Made by a program: the position numbers and the translations under genes | Shown: positions 18,653-29,000 of the stretch, piece by piece | Position numbering within the stretch: the stretch's first letter is position 1 | Layout: each line of letters opens with the position of its first letter | Assembly (NCBI GenBank): GCA_039983935.1 | Contig: JBDWVP010000055.1 | Span: 5,048-69,047, forward strand | DNA: 64,000 nucleotides | Direction of reading: 5' to 3' | Origin: Roseobacter sp. | GTDB taxonomy: Bacteria > Pseudomonadota > Alphaproteobacteria > Rhodobacterales > Rhodobacteraceae | Notes under the pieces: model-generated | What the model saw: only the letters and a program-made list of their open reading frames with translations | Told to the model about the DNA's origin: nothing | The model's database searches: none

Positions 18653-20191
18653 TCACACAAGCCCAAGCCGTATCAGAATTTGGTTAGCAAGCACTTCAAG
18701 CGGCATAAATTGGGTATGAACAAAATAGAGGCCAACCGGCACCAGCACGATCACCGCCAAAAGCCCCCCGAGCATGATCGCCCGCCGCCGCATCTTTTCC
18801 CGGCGCGTTTCCATATAGGGGATAACCCCAATCGGGACGATATTAAAACGGGACTGGATTTCGTTAGGGTGACGTAATTTTTGGTTCAAAAGTTCAAACA
18901 ACACAAAGATGCCCGCGGCCAGCATTATCCCGCCGCCGACACCTGCGACGACGATCTTTTTGCGCGACGGGCCTGCTGGTTCCTCAGGTACAACGGCACC
19001 CTCGATCAGAGTAATACGCTGGCCTTGAGCATTCACTTCAACCCGCTCAGCCATACGCGCCTGATTGAGATTACCGAGCGTGCCGTTATAGCGTGATCGG
19101 ATACTTTCCAAATCGCGCTCAAGACGTTCCAATGTAATCGAGTTGGTCGCGGTCGCCGCAATCGCGAGGCCAAGACTTTCCAGTTCTTCATTGACGCGAA
19201 TGATTTCCTGATCGATCTGCCCTGCACGCTGGTCCATCTCTGCAAGGGTAATGTCGATGATTGAATTCCCTTGAACAGGCGCATCATCTCCCTGCCCTTC
19301 CGCCGCTGATAGCGTCGCTAAGCTACTGTTCAACTTATCTATCTGACTGCGTAACAAAACGACTCTTGGGTTGGTCTCTGAATAGATCGTCAGGGCTGCG
19401 TTTAGTTGCTGCTGAAGATCTTCTAACCGGCGTTGCTCTGGGGTCAGGTTTTCTGCGGCTGTATCAAGCCGCCCTGTTGCTTCAAAGAGAGCCAGCATCT
19501 CACTGCGCTGCGTGACAACAGACGCGCGCTCCTGCTCCAATCGGCCAAGCCGCTCCTGTAAGGTCGCCTGGCGGGCCTGACGGTAGGCCAGCTCATCGGG
19601 CAAGGCATCAACGTTTTCGTTTTTAAAGGCGATGATACGATTACTTTGCTCATCAATCTCATCGGCCAAACGCGCCGTTTCCTGCTGAAAGAAAGATAGC
19701 GTATTCTCTGCCCGTTCACGCCGGGATGAGGCGTTTTCCTCAAGCACCAACGTCGTATAATCATTGACCACATTCGCAGCGATTTGCCCCCTGCGCGCGG
19801 TGAACGTAATCGACATCAGCGTGGCTTGATCACGTCCACTGGATCGGCGAATTTTCGTATTCTCCTGCATCGCAGTCACAATACTGTCCGGCGTCATTTC
19901 CTCCATATCCAAGAACACCCGGTATTTTCGGGCGACTTCCAGCAGGTTTGCCCGCGTCATCAGCTGTTCCTGAATAAGCTGCAGTTGCTCTGCGGCTTCG
20001 GTGCGCACCAATGAAGCAACCATATCGTCCGGAATTTGCGGAGCCTCCACCTGAAGGCGTGCTGTGGCCGTAAAGAACGGTGGCAACGTCAGCGCAGCAT
20101 AGAGGGCGATACACGAACAAATCATCACCATAGCTGCCATCAAGGGCAATCGGCGCAGTAAAAGCGTCCAGTAGAAACCTATAGGCAACAT
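18653..20191 (-). CDS. Polysaccharide chain-length determinant (Wzz/GumC-type, PCP family)
   Basis: N-terminal TM helix, 'ARLQVEAPQIPDDM' Wzz-type region, a long heptad/coiled-coil centre, and C-terminal TM helices. It starts 1 nt after the upstream stop. Confidence 0.75.
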   Translation of the reverse strand: MLPIGFYWTLLLRRLPLMAAMVMICSCIALYAALTLPPFFTATARLQVEAPQIPDDMVASLVRTEAAEQLQLIQEQLMTRANLLEVARKYRVFLDMEEMTPDSIVTAMQENTKIRRSSGRDQATLMSITFTARRGQIAANVVNDYTTLVLEENASSRRERAENTLSFFQQETARLADEIDEQSNRIIAFKNENVDALPDELAYRQARQATLQERLGRLEQERASVVTQRSEMLALFEATGRLDTAAENLTPEQRRLEDLQQQLNAALTIYSETNPRVVLLRSQIDKLNSSLATLSAAEGQGDDAPVQGNSIIDITLAEMDQRAGQIDQEIIRVNEELESLGLAIAATATNSITLERLERDLESIRSRYNGTLGNLNQARMAERVEVNAQGQRITLIEGAVVPEEPAGPSRKKIVVAGVGGGIMLAAGIFVLFELLNQKLRHPNEIQSRFNIVPIGVIPYMETRREKMRRRAIMLGGLLAVIVLVPVGLYFVHTQFMPLEVLANQILIRLGLV

Positions 20192-20192
20192 A

Positions 20193-21077
20193 TTATTCTG
20201 CAGCCTCCGATGCGGGCACCGAATAAGACGCAGATAGAATTAACGGCTCAACACGTGGGACCATAAGGACACCATCCTCCATCAACTCCCGGATGATATC
20301 AGCCTCAACCCGATCCACCTCGGCGCTTGCTGTGTAGACCAACGCCAGATCGCAAATCTTGTTGATCAGGCGCGGAACACCACCGCTGATTTCATAGGTC
20401 ATATCGATGGCCTCTTTCGTTATCTCTTCACCGCTGCCTTCCACACGACGCAGACGGAAACGAATATATTCTTCGGTGGTGCTCAGGTCCATCGGTGCAA
20501 GATGATAGCTCACGCTCACACGCTGTGCGAACTGACGCAATTCGGGCCGCGAAATCATCTCGCGCAGCTCCGGCTGCCCCAACAAGACCAGCTGCAAAAG
20601 CTCATCCTTGTTGGAATTGACATTCGTCAGCATGCGCAGTTCTTCTAATGTCTCTGGTGACAGGTTCTGCGCCTCGTCAATCACCAACACAACGATCTTG
20701 TTGTTTGCATATGCATCCAGCACAAAATCCACAAACTGCTGAAACATCGCCACATAATCAGCATCGGGGATCGGCGTGAGATCAAAGGCATTGAGCACCC
20801 AGCGCAAAAGATCGCCCCGCCCCCCCTGTGCGTTCGAGATGAGCCCGACCACTGCATCCTCGTCGATGTCAGCCAACATCGCCTGCAACAAGGTGGTTTT
20901 CCCAGTTCCAACTTCGCCCGTTACAACAGTGAGAGGCGCACGGGTCCGCAAGCCGTATTCCAGCACCGAATACGCCCGTTTGTGTACTTTGGACCAAAAC
21001 ATAAAATCAGGATCCGGCAGCAGCGTGAAAGGCCGCTCGGAAAAACCGAAATGTTCCAGGTATAGGTTCTCTCTCAA
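20193..21077 (-). CDS. ExeA-like AAA ATPase (secretion-ATPase-like protein typical of PEP-CTERM EPS loci)
   Basis: 'YLEHFGFSERPFTLLPDPDFMFWSKVHKRAY' N-terminus, Walker A 'GEVGTGKTTL', Walker B 'VVLVIDEAQNL'. The start codon at 21077 is TTG. Confidence 0.75.
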   Translation of the reverse strand: MRENLYLEHFGFSERPFTLLPDPDFMFWSKVHKRAYSVLEYGLRTRAPLTVVTGEVGTGKTTLLQAMLADIDEDAVVGLISNAQGGRGDLLRWVLNAFDLTPIPDADYVAMFQQFVDFVLDAYANNKIVVLVIDEAQNLSPETLEELRMLTNVNSNKDELLQLVLLGQPELREMISRPELRQFAQRVSVSYHLAPMDLSTTEEYIRFRLRRVEGSGEEITKEAIDMTYEISGGVPRLINKICDLALVYTASAEVDRVEADIIRELMEDGVLMVPRVEPLILSASYSVPASEAAE

Positions 21078-21388
21078 AACACACTCTCACACTTACACAG
21101 GGCGAACCAACTCGCACAGACACTTGCAAATCTGCTTCTTACACAACCGCACATCGGTTTCATGCATATAGTAGCTGAACGTTTTCTTAAAACAGTTAAA
21201 AAACGGCAGAAGCAAAAATTTTAGCTTTTTATCCGACATTTGCGTGACTATTTGCGCCGGGTTACAAACTATGCGCCAAGGCGATTGCAGAAAAGAAGAC
21301 GCGGCATTATACGCCAAAAGCAGTCGTTTTTATACTTTGGTGACATATATCACCGCGCCGCACATGTTTACATGAAGGAAATATCCGG

Positions 21389-22339
21389 ATGTCCAACCCT
21401 CTGCCGAAAAATGTCGCTGTTTTCGGTGCCCTGCGCTCTGGCACGACTTTGCTGCGCCTCATGCTTGATCAACATGACCAGTTGGCCTGCCCCGGTGAAA
21501 CCGATTACCTGTTCGAATACGTGACCGGTGGTCCCTCAGGTGATCCCGATTTCAATCTCGAAGCGATGTCCGACGACCGTATCTACCGCACCTTCTGCGA
21601 ACAATGTGATCTCGATCCTGCCAAGCCCCAAACAATGTCCGGTATGATTACGGCCATGCTGCGTCCAAAAGCCACTCAAGATGCCACCGTGGTATTGATG
21701 CTGCACCGCAATCTCGAAACAGCCCTAGCCCACCTGCCTGATCTGAAGATATTACATCTGGTACGCGACCCCCGGGACGTGGCGCGTTCCAGCATCGGCA
21801 TGGGATGGGCCGCCTCCACCTATTATGGCGTGCGACATTGGCTCAAGACTGAACGAGAATGGGCCGCCTGCGCGCCAAAGCTCAACCCTGATCAAGTATT
21901 GCAGGTGAATTATGAAACCCTGATCGAAAAGCCCGAAGAAACGCTTGAGAAGATATGTGATTTCTTTGGTGTTCCTTTCGAAACACGCATGCTCGATTAT
22001 GACGGCGACACGACCTATTCAAAACCGGACACCTCTCTGACATATCAATGGCGCCGCAAACAAACCCCACGCGAGATCGGCCTTGTAGAAGCACAGCTTG
22101 GCGACTTTCTGGAAACGTTGGGATATACACCAAGCGGCCATCCACCGGTCGTCCCCAATGCCTTTGAACGACTGAGCCTTGCATTAAAACACCGCTCTTT
22201 CGCATGGTCAGTGCGTTTTGAACGCTTCGGCATAAGCGACCCATTGATCGATTGGGGCACACGCCGCCTAGGGTGCCCGTCTCTTGGAAGAGCGTCACGG
22301 CGGCGGATGGACGAGGCAATGAAGCGCTATTTCAAGTGA
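21389..22339 (+). CDS. Sulfotransferase (PAPS-dependent)
   Basis: 5'-PSB-like 'FGALRSGTTLLRLML' and 3'-PB-like 'LHLVRDPRDVARS'. SD 'AAGGAA' lies upstream of the ATG. Confidence 0.75.
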   Translation: MSNPLPKNVAVFGALRSGTTLLRLMLDQHDQLACPGETDYLFEYVTGGPSGDPDFNLEAMSDDRIYRTFCEQCDLDPAKPQTMSGMITAMLRPKATQDATVVLMLHRNLETALAHLPDLKILHLVRDPRDVARSSIGMGWAASTYYGVRHWLKTEREWAACAPKLNPDQVLQVNYETLIEKPEETLEKICDFFGVPFETRMLDYDGDTTYSKPDTSLTYQWRRKQTPREIGLVEAQLGDFLETLGYTPSGHPPVVPNAFERLSLALKHRSFAWSVRFERFGISDPLIDWGTRRLGCPSLGRASRRRMDEAMKRYFK

Positions 22340-22473
22340 TCATCCACCTACCCGTGTCAAATAAAGAACAATCTTCAAGTAAATAACGGCATTGAGCTTT
22401 TTGATGGTTTTCAGATAGGGGCGACGGCCTCTACAAGAAGATCAACAATCGCCATCAAGAGTTCCATTGCGCT

Positions 22474-23076
22474 ATGAAAAACTTGAAACTTCTCGGACTA
22501 ATCGTCGCCTTCCTGATCTCTATGGTCTCTGTGACATGGGCACAGGGCAACTACCGCGTGCAGGCTGGCGACCTGCTGACAATCGAAATTCTTGAGGACC
22601 CCAGCCTGAACCGGTCAACTGCGGTCTTACCGGATGGGAACTTCAGCTTTCCCTTTGCGGGGACATTACGCGCTGGCGGTCAGACCGTTCCGCAAATCGA
22701 AACCTCTATCCGCGACGCCATCGCCAGTAACTTTGCCAACACGCCGACTGTGTTTGTATCGGTTCAGCCTCTTCAGCGCGAAGAAGAAGAAGGCGATCTC
22801 ATCAAAATATTCCTGCTGGGCGAAATTCCGGCACCGGGGCTTGTCGAATTGGATGCAGGCAGCACCATTCTACAGGCCATCGCCGTTGCGGGTGGGCCAT
22901 CCCGTTTTGCTGCCACCAAACGACTGCAACTGCGACGCACAGATAAGCGAACCGGCCAGCAAAGCGTGACAACGATCAATTATAAGGCCCTATCTAAAGG
23001 GGCCGCCCTGAGCAGAGATATCGTATTAAAGGACGGTGATGTCATTCTTGTCCCTGAACGCCGCTTGTTTGAATAA
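22474..23076 (+). CDS. Small periplasmic polysaccharide export protein (Wza/Poly_export + SLBB)
   Basis: Signal peptide 'LISMVSVTWA|QG'. 'YRVQAGDLLTIEI...LPDGNFSFPFAGTLRAGGQTVPQIE' is a Poly_export motif, and 'GSTILQAIAVAGG' is SLBB-like. Confidence 0.8.
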   Translation: MKNLKLLGLIVAFLISMVSVTWAQGNYRVQAGDLLTIEILEDPSLNRSTAVLPDGNFSFPFAGTLRAGGQTVPQIETSIRDAIASNFANTPTVFVSVQPLQREEEEGDLIKIFLLGEIPAPGLVELDAGSTILQAIAVAGGPSRFAATKRLQLRRTDKRTGQQSVTTINYKALSKGAALSRDIVLKDGDVILVPERRLFE

Positions 23077-24436
23077 ACCACGACGCTTGCAGCGTCGTGT
23101 TGGCATTGCAGGCGCTTTGGTCGCCTTGAGTTTTGGTGTATTGCGGGCGCAGGAAATCCCCGAAAGCGCCCAACAAGTTATTCTGGACGTTAGTCAACGT
23201 CTAGAATGGAGCGATAACCCCGATCTTGAGACCGTCAAAGAAGACCGTTTTACAAGCCGTACCCGATTACAACTGGGCGCGTTCAAGCGGACGCGCACGG
23301 ATGAGCTGTCGTTTTCATTGGGCGGTGATATCGAGCTGCGCAACGATCAGGATAACGAAATTACAAACTCCAATCTCGGTCTTGGGTGGGAGCGTGATGT
23401 CCGCCACGCGCGCACTGGTATCACCTTTGACTTCCGCGAAGTGGATCTGGGCACAACAACCGGCACCTTTTTCAACAACGACACCCAAAGTATCGATTTT
23501 GGCACTTTTGACAGTGGCAACCGCCAGACATCAACACTTGCTTTGTCTGGTGCCTTTGGTGTCGATGCTCCTTTTGGTGGCAGCTATGATCTGTCACAGC
23601 GCGCGATCCGCTATACTGACACCATTGATCCCAGCCTTCTGGACGCAGACCGTCTGACCCTTGATGGTGATATATATGCGGTTATCCATCCTCGTGTGAC
23701 CCTCGGCTTGGATGCCAGCTACAGTGACTTTGACGAGGTTGGACCTGACGATCTAGACACAACCTCATCCCGCATCGGAACTTATCTCGATCTCGAGATT
23801 TCCTCACGCTTAAATGGCCGGTTCGAACTCGGCTGGGAAGAAGTCGAAGAAAGCGGCCGAAACAACAACGTCGAAGACGGTGCTGTCTTTGATATTGCAC
23901 TGACACGAGATTTACCGCGCTCGGAGCTGACGTTCGACCTGCGCTCAGATATCGTCGCTTCTGGGCGACGCGGAGAGTTCCGTGTTGGTCAAATCCTCGA
24001 CCTGCCCAATAACGAATTCAGCTATTCACTGGGTCTGTCGCGCCTAGAAGATTTCGATACCGAACCTCTTTTTGGGCTTGGATGGAGCCAAGCATTGCCG
24101 AGAGGCGCCATCACCCTCGACTTTGAACAACGCGCAACAGCAGGGCGTGACAACGAAAACCTGATCAACACCCGCATGTCCTTTGGGTACAGGCAGGAAC
24201 TAACGGTTCGAAGCGGGTTCGATGTACAATTTTCCTTCATCGACAGCAACGATCGCTCCTCATCGGACCTGGATACAAAACGCTACGATCTCGATCTTAC
24301 CTACCGGTACGCGCTCGCGCAGGACTGGGATCTGACAAGTGGTATTTCTCTGGTCAGCCTCGAAGAGGATGGCACCTCAAACCGAGATGCGAGTACGGTC
24401 TTTGTTGGATTGGAAAAACGCTTCGTCTGGAATTGA
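23036..24436 (+). CDS. Predicted outer-membrane beta-barrel protein of the EPS locus
   Basis: Signal peptide 'RRVGIAGALVALSFGVLRA|QE', alternating beta-strand-like sequence rich in D/S/T/G/R, and the ending '...GLEKRFVWN'. The start is uncertain (ATG 23036, or TTG 23069). Confidence 0.5.
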   Translation: MMSFLSLNAACLNKPRRLQRRVGIAGALVALSFGVLRAQEIPESAQQVILDVSQRLEWSDNPDLETVKEDRFTSRTRLQLGAFKRTRTDELSFSLGGDIELRNDQDNEITNSNLGLGWERDVRHARTGITFDFREVDLGTTTGTFFNNDTQSIDFGTFDSGNRQTSTLALSGAFGVDAPFGGSYDLSQRAIRYTDTIDPSLLDADRLTLDGDIYAVIHPRVTLGLDASYSDFDEVGPDDLDTTSSRIGTYLDLEISSRLNGRFELGWEEVEESGRNNNVEDGAVFDIALTRDLPRSELTFDLRSDIVASGRRGEFRVGQILDLPNNEFSYSLGLSRLEDFDTEPLFGLGWSQALPRGAITLDFEQRATAGRDNENLINTRMSFGYRQELTVRSGFDVQFSFIDSNDRSSSDLDTKRYDLDLTYRYALAQDWDLTSGISLVSLEEDGTSNRDASTVFVGLEKRFVWN

Positions 24437-24466
24437 TTTCATTGAAGAAGAAGGACTGACGCCCTG

Positions 24467-25723
24467 ATGGACGCGCATGATCGCCTGCCCCGCATCGCCT
24501 ATTTAACCGGTGTGTACCCGTTGGTTTCACTGACCTTCATACAACGTGAGGTCGCAGCCCTTCGGGCATTGGGAGTTGAGGTGGAAACCGTCTCTTGTCG
24601 TTACGTTTCCCCCGATCAGTTCAATGGAAAACCGGAGCAAGATGCCGCCCGGAATACGCATTGTTTGCTGCGGGCGGCCCGGAATCCAGCCGCGTTATTG
24701 CGTGCACAAGTTGCAGCACTGCGTCACCCGCGCCGCTATGCCACCGCTTTTTTGCGTGCCCTACAACTGCGCAAACCGGGTCTGAAATCACTGCTCACTC
24801 ATCTGGCTTATTTCGTTGAAGCCACAATGATGGCTCAGTTTGTAAGAACGAAAGGCATCGAACATATTCACTGCCATTTCGCAACCAATGGTCCAGCAGT
24901 GGCCATGATGACCCGAGACCTCACCGAGGTACCTTACAGCTTTACCCTGCATGGGCCTTCCGATCTTTACGACCCCGAAGGGATGAAGTTAGGAGACAAA
25001 GCCGCCCAGGCCCGCTTTGTCTCTACGATCAGCCATTACGCACGCAGTCAACTCATGCTGTTCTCCGATCCTAAACATTGGAATCGCCTGCGTATCATCC
25101 ATTGCGGCGTAAACCCGGAGCTGTATGCCGGCGAAAAACCTGTTCGGGACGATCAAGAAATCCGATTGATTTTTGTAGGCCGCCTGGCCCCGGTCAAAGG
25201 GATACGTGTCCTCTTTGAAGCGCTTGAGACACTCTTTGAACAGAACCCGCAACTGCGTCTGACATTGGTGGGCGACGGACCGGACCGGGCGCGACTGGAA
25301 CAAGCCGCAGCACGCTTGGGGGATCGGATCCATTTTACAGGCTACCTCACACAAGCACAGGTCGCCGAAACACTCGCACAACATGATATCTGCGTGTTGC
25401 CCAGTTTTGCCGAAGGTGTCCCGGTCATTCTTATGGAAGCGATGGCTTCCAGCTTACCAGTTATTGCAACACAGGTCGCCGGTGTCGGCGAATTAGTGCA
25501 ACATGGTGAGAGCGGTTTCATTGTCCCACCAGGGGATGTGGCGGCTTTGCGGACCCATATAAAAACACTGGCTGATGACCCCGCCCAACGTGCGCGCATG
25601 GGTAAAATTGGACGTGAAAAGGTCAACGCCGACTTCGTTATTTCCGACGAGGCAGCACGCTTAGCACGCCTTTTTTCTGAAGGCCCCGGAGAAGATATCC
25701 GACCCAGCCCCTTCACAATCTGA
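24467..25723 (+). CDS. Family 4 glycosyltransferase (WcaL-like)
   Basis: 'RIAYLTGVYPLVSLTFIQREVAAL' N-terminus, and C-terminal 'LPSFAEGVPVILMEAMASSLPVIATQVAGVGELVQHGESGFIV' (EX7E). Confidence 0.8.
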   Translation: MDAHDRLPRIAYLTGVYPLVSLTFIQREVAALRALGVEVETVSCRYVSPDQFNGKPEQDAARNTHCLLRAARNPAALLRAQVAALRHPRRYATAFLRALQLRKPGLKSLLTHLAYFVEATMMAQFVRTKGIEHIHCHFATNGPAVAMMTRDLTEVPYSFTLHGPSDLYDPEGMKLGDKAAQARFVSTISHYARSQLMLFSDPKHWNRLRIIHCGVNPELYAGEKPVRDDQEIRLIFVGRLAPVKGIRVLFEALETLFEQNPQLRLTLVGDGPDRARLEQAAARLGDRIHFTGYLTQAQVAETLAQHDICVLPSFAEGVPVILMEAMASSLPVIATQVAGVGELVQHGESGFIVPPGDVAALRTHIKTLADDPAQRARMGKIGREKVNADFVISDEAARLARLFSEGPGEDIRPSPFTI

Positions 25724-25728
25724 CCTAC

Positions 25729-25758
25729 TTTTGTGCGAAGTGCCCAGCACTTCACAAA
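25729..25758 (+). terminator. Hairpin downstream of the GT4 gene (possible terminator, no U-tract)
   Basis: 'ttttgtgcgaagtgc-cca-gcacttcacaaa' gives a ~12-bp stem with a 2-nt bulge, 6 nt after the stop codon. Confidence 0.35.
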
Positions 25759-26028
25759 TGTCCTTAAAAATAGTTAACGACCACGCCTACTTTGAGCGGC
25801 TTTCGGCAAGGCCTCAGGTCTTATCGGCGGTTTCCTGCGAGTTTTTTAATCGACACAACACCGCCCTCTGTTCAACACAATTTGTTTCTAGCAAGTAACC
25901 TCGGAGCATTGAGATACGTAAACACAATGAGTCAACTTTTGAACAGTCGTCACAATGCGCAAATAAACGACCGGATAGATCCGGCATAGGAAGAAGCCAC
26001 ATTGTGGGCAGTTTGAAGGGGATACAAT

Positions 26029-29000
26029 ATGCCACTCTCTTTTTCAGAGATTGACAGTCTTAATAGCGCGGGCCAGACACCGCAAGTTGACGGAGGACGG
26101 GTTACAACCCTACTACCAGACAATTACGAAAACGCACGCAGCATCACCATTCTGGATGCACCGGATGAAGGACGCTTGACCGTCAATCCGGATAACTCAC
26201 TCGCGCTGGTCATGACCGGTTCCGACTATGTTGGCACGATATCCTTTCAAGTCGAAATCGTAAATGCAAACGGCCAAACCAGCCGCGAAACAATAGAGTT
26301 AAGCGTAGATGCTCCCTCGCAAGAGTCAGGTTGGGGGCTTGGCTCTGACCATTATATGCTAGAGACGGACGCGGATGGCGAACTGGTTCTAGAAACAGGC
26401 GAAGACCATCGCGATGTCTATGTCTCACGCGATGCAGATGCGCTGTCACTCTCGGATATCGCAGCTCTGGAACGCATTTCAGTCAGCGATGTAACTGGCG
26501 AATGGCTGGTTGCAAATTCAGAATATGGTGCAAATTCGAATATGGCATTGGCCCAGGATGCAGGTGCGCTGCTCTGGTCTCAATTGGCTCAGGAAGATTC
26601 TGGTTCGCATTGGCTGCGATTGGAAAAAGGCTACACCTACGATGGTTTTGAAGGGGCAAACTCTGACCTCTTCCCCAACGGCGTTGGCGGAGATAATCCC
26701 CTGCACCCGTCCGTGATCACCTCTTACGGCACAGGCGAACAACCCGTCATCTCAACCGCTCAGGTCGCACAGCGTGATGATTTCGCAAACATCGTAGTCC
26801 ACGACGTGCATTTCACTGAAAAAATCTCACTGGTGGCCCCGGATGAAACCGGCAGCGAAAACATTATTTTCGATTCCGTCACCTTCACCGAACAGGGCGG
26901 TATCTCTGTCATCGATGTAAATAGCGTCACAATTCGTGAAGCTTCATTCTCAAATATCGAAGAAGAGACGCCGATAAACGGTATCGAATGGCAAGCAAGC
27001 CCGGACCGAGACCATGGCATCTACTCTTCCGGCGCCACGGGCCTCCTGATTGAGGACTCAACTTTTGTTCAAATCGGCTGGGGTGATGGCTACTCCGCAG
27101 ATGCGGATGGGGATGATCCACAACCCCCCAGCCTATACACTCATAACGTGTACATCAGCCAGACGGTCAGGGACCTCACTTTCCGCAATAACATTTCCGC
27201 AGAAGGGTCATCCTATGGCGCTAACCTGCGCAGTGGCGGCTTTGTCGAGGATAACCTGTTCTTTGAGAACAATGCAGGCGTGGTTGTCAGCGGTGGTATC
27301 TGGAACGGTTCAGGCCCTGTCGGAAATTTCTCTTTATTGTCAGGTAACGTTGTTACATCTGCCGCCTACAAAGAAGCTTATGGACCCGGTGCTCTCGCGC
27401 AGGGCATCTATAATGGGGCCGTAGACACAACGCTCATCGGCAATATCGTGGCACACCAGACCGATCCAAACCTCCCGGGAGATCTGGAATCGCAACCACA
27501 AAGTAACAGCGGCCTCATCAACGAATACGAGGCGTTCTACGACGACACGATTGTTTATAACTGGTATGGGTCAAACGCTGTCCTACACGGCTTTGCCGAC
27601 GAAACCTCCCAAAACACAGAAGATCTCGATATCACGGATGTTGAAGCGGCAACAATCGCCAATCTTGCGAAAATCTTGTTGAATGATGCGAGCGCTGATG
27701 GAACAGATCTTGCAGACTGGGTCATCGATAATGAAGTCTCCGCCGATGACCTCAATGACTTCTTCCAACAGGCCTTTGATACGGCGCAAACCGCGCGCGG
27801 CAGCGCGACCGACGTGCGCTTTGTCCCTACCGAGATTTCAGATGGTGTTCGTTGGGATAACCGCGAAAATTGGAGCACAGGAGATATAGCCGGCACCAAC
27901 GTCAATGATCGTGTCGATTTGGGCGGAAACTGGGTCGTCTATGGCGGCACCAACACGATCCAAACGCTCGATTTCGGAGCCGGGGGCGAATTAGAAGCAA
28001 CACATGGACGCCTTAACGTCACAGGCCAAACAACCGCCGGAGCCGGGGGCGCGACCCTGACGTTATCCTCAGCCGGACAATTCTGGATGGAAGGCGGTTT
28101 TGCGGGCACGAGCGCATTAAACGTCGTTCAGGATGGTGGTCGCTTTGCCAATACTGGCGTCATCACGGGCAATGTAAATCTCTTCATTGATGACGGGCAA
28201 GCGCTCCTCAGCGCTGAAGGTGGCGATTTTGTCCTCGGTCAGGGCGAAACTCTGACAATCCGTGGCGCTGATGCTCAAGCAGGTTTTGATGGCGCGCTCA
28301 ACCGTGAAGGGATTCTGCGGTTCGATGCAGGTTCCGATGTCGTTATCGCAAGCGACTCCACTGGCCTTGGAAGTATCGGAGAATTTTATTCCGGCGCCTA
28401 CAATGCCGCCCCAAGGGTCGATTCAAACATCCACCTGAACGGTGCTGACTTGACTGTGGATCTTAGCGACACATGGCTATCCACCGGGAGCTATGTTCTC
28501 ATGAATGCCGACGAGATCTCAGGCACGTTCGGTTCCTTCGACATAGAAGGGCTCGGGAACCGTAGCGCCACCCTGACGATCAACTACAACACAGACGAAG
28601 TTGTGCTCGACATTGCTTCAGGTTCTGGAGTGAGCGTACGTACCGTGGGCAGCGATACAACACCACCAGTGATAGACACACCAGAAGATGACGAAAGTAA
28701 CGATGACAGCGGTTCGGACGACAGCGGGTCAGACGGCGGTGGTTCAAATAGCGGTGGCAACGACGGGTCAGATGGCAGCGACGACTCCAATGGTGACACA
28801 AGCGTGCTACCTGCTTGGATGATTGCGGAGCTGGATGAAGCAACAAGCGACGTTTTCGTATTTAACACGCCGGGTGTTTTGTCGACGTCGATATCTTATG
28901 TTCAAACAATAGATGACCGAGACAGCAGCGGGACAACTATCAGCATCCTGACCGGAACCGGCAAGAACGATAAATTCTACGCTGGGGACGGGGACGACGT

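Noticed and set aside
23036-23076. The overlap between the exporter and OM-barrel genes as evidence of a frameshifted fusion
   Set aside because: The two frames each have their own signal peptide and complete domain structure. Short overlaps are common in this operon-dense window.
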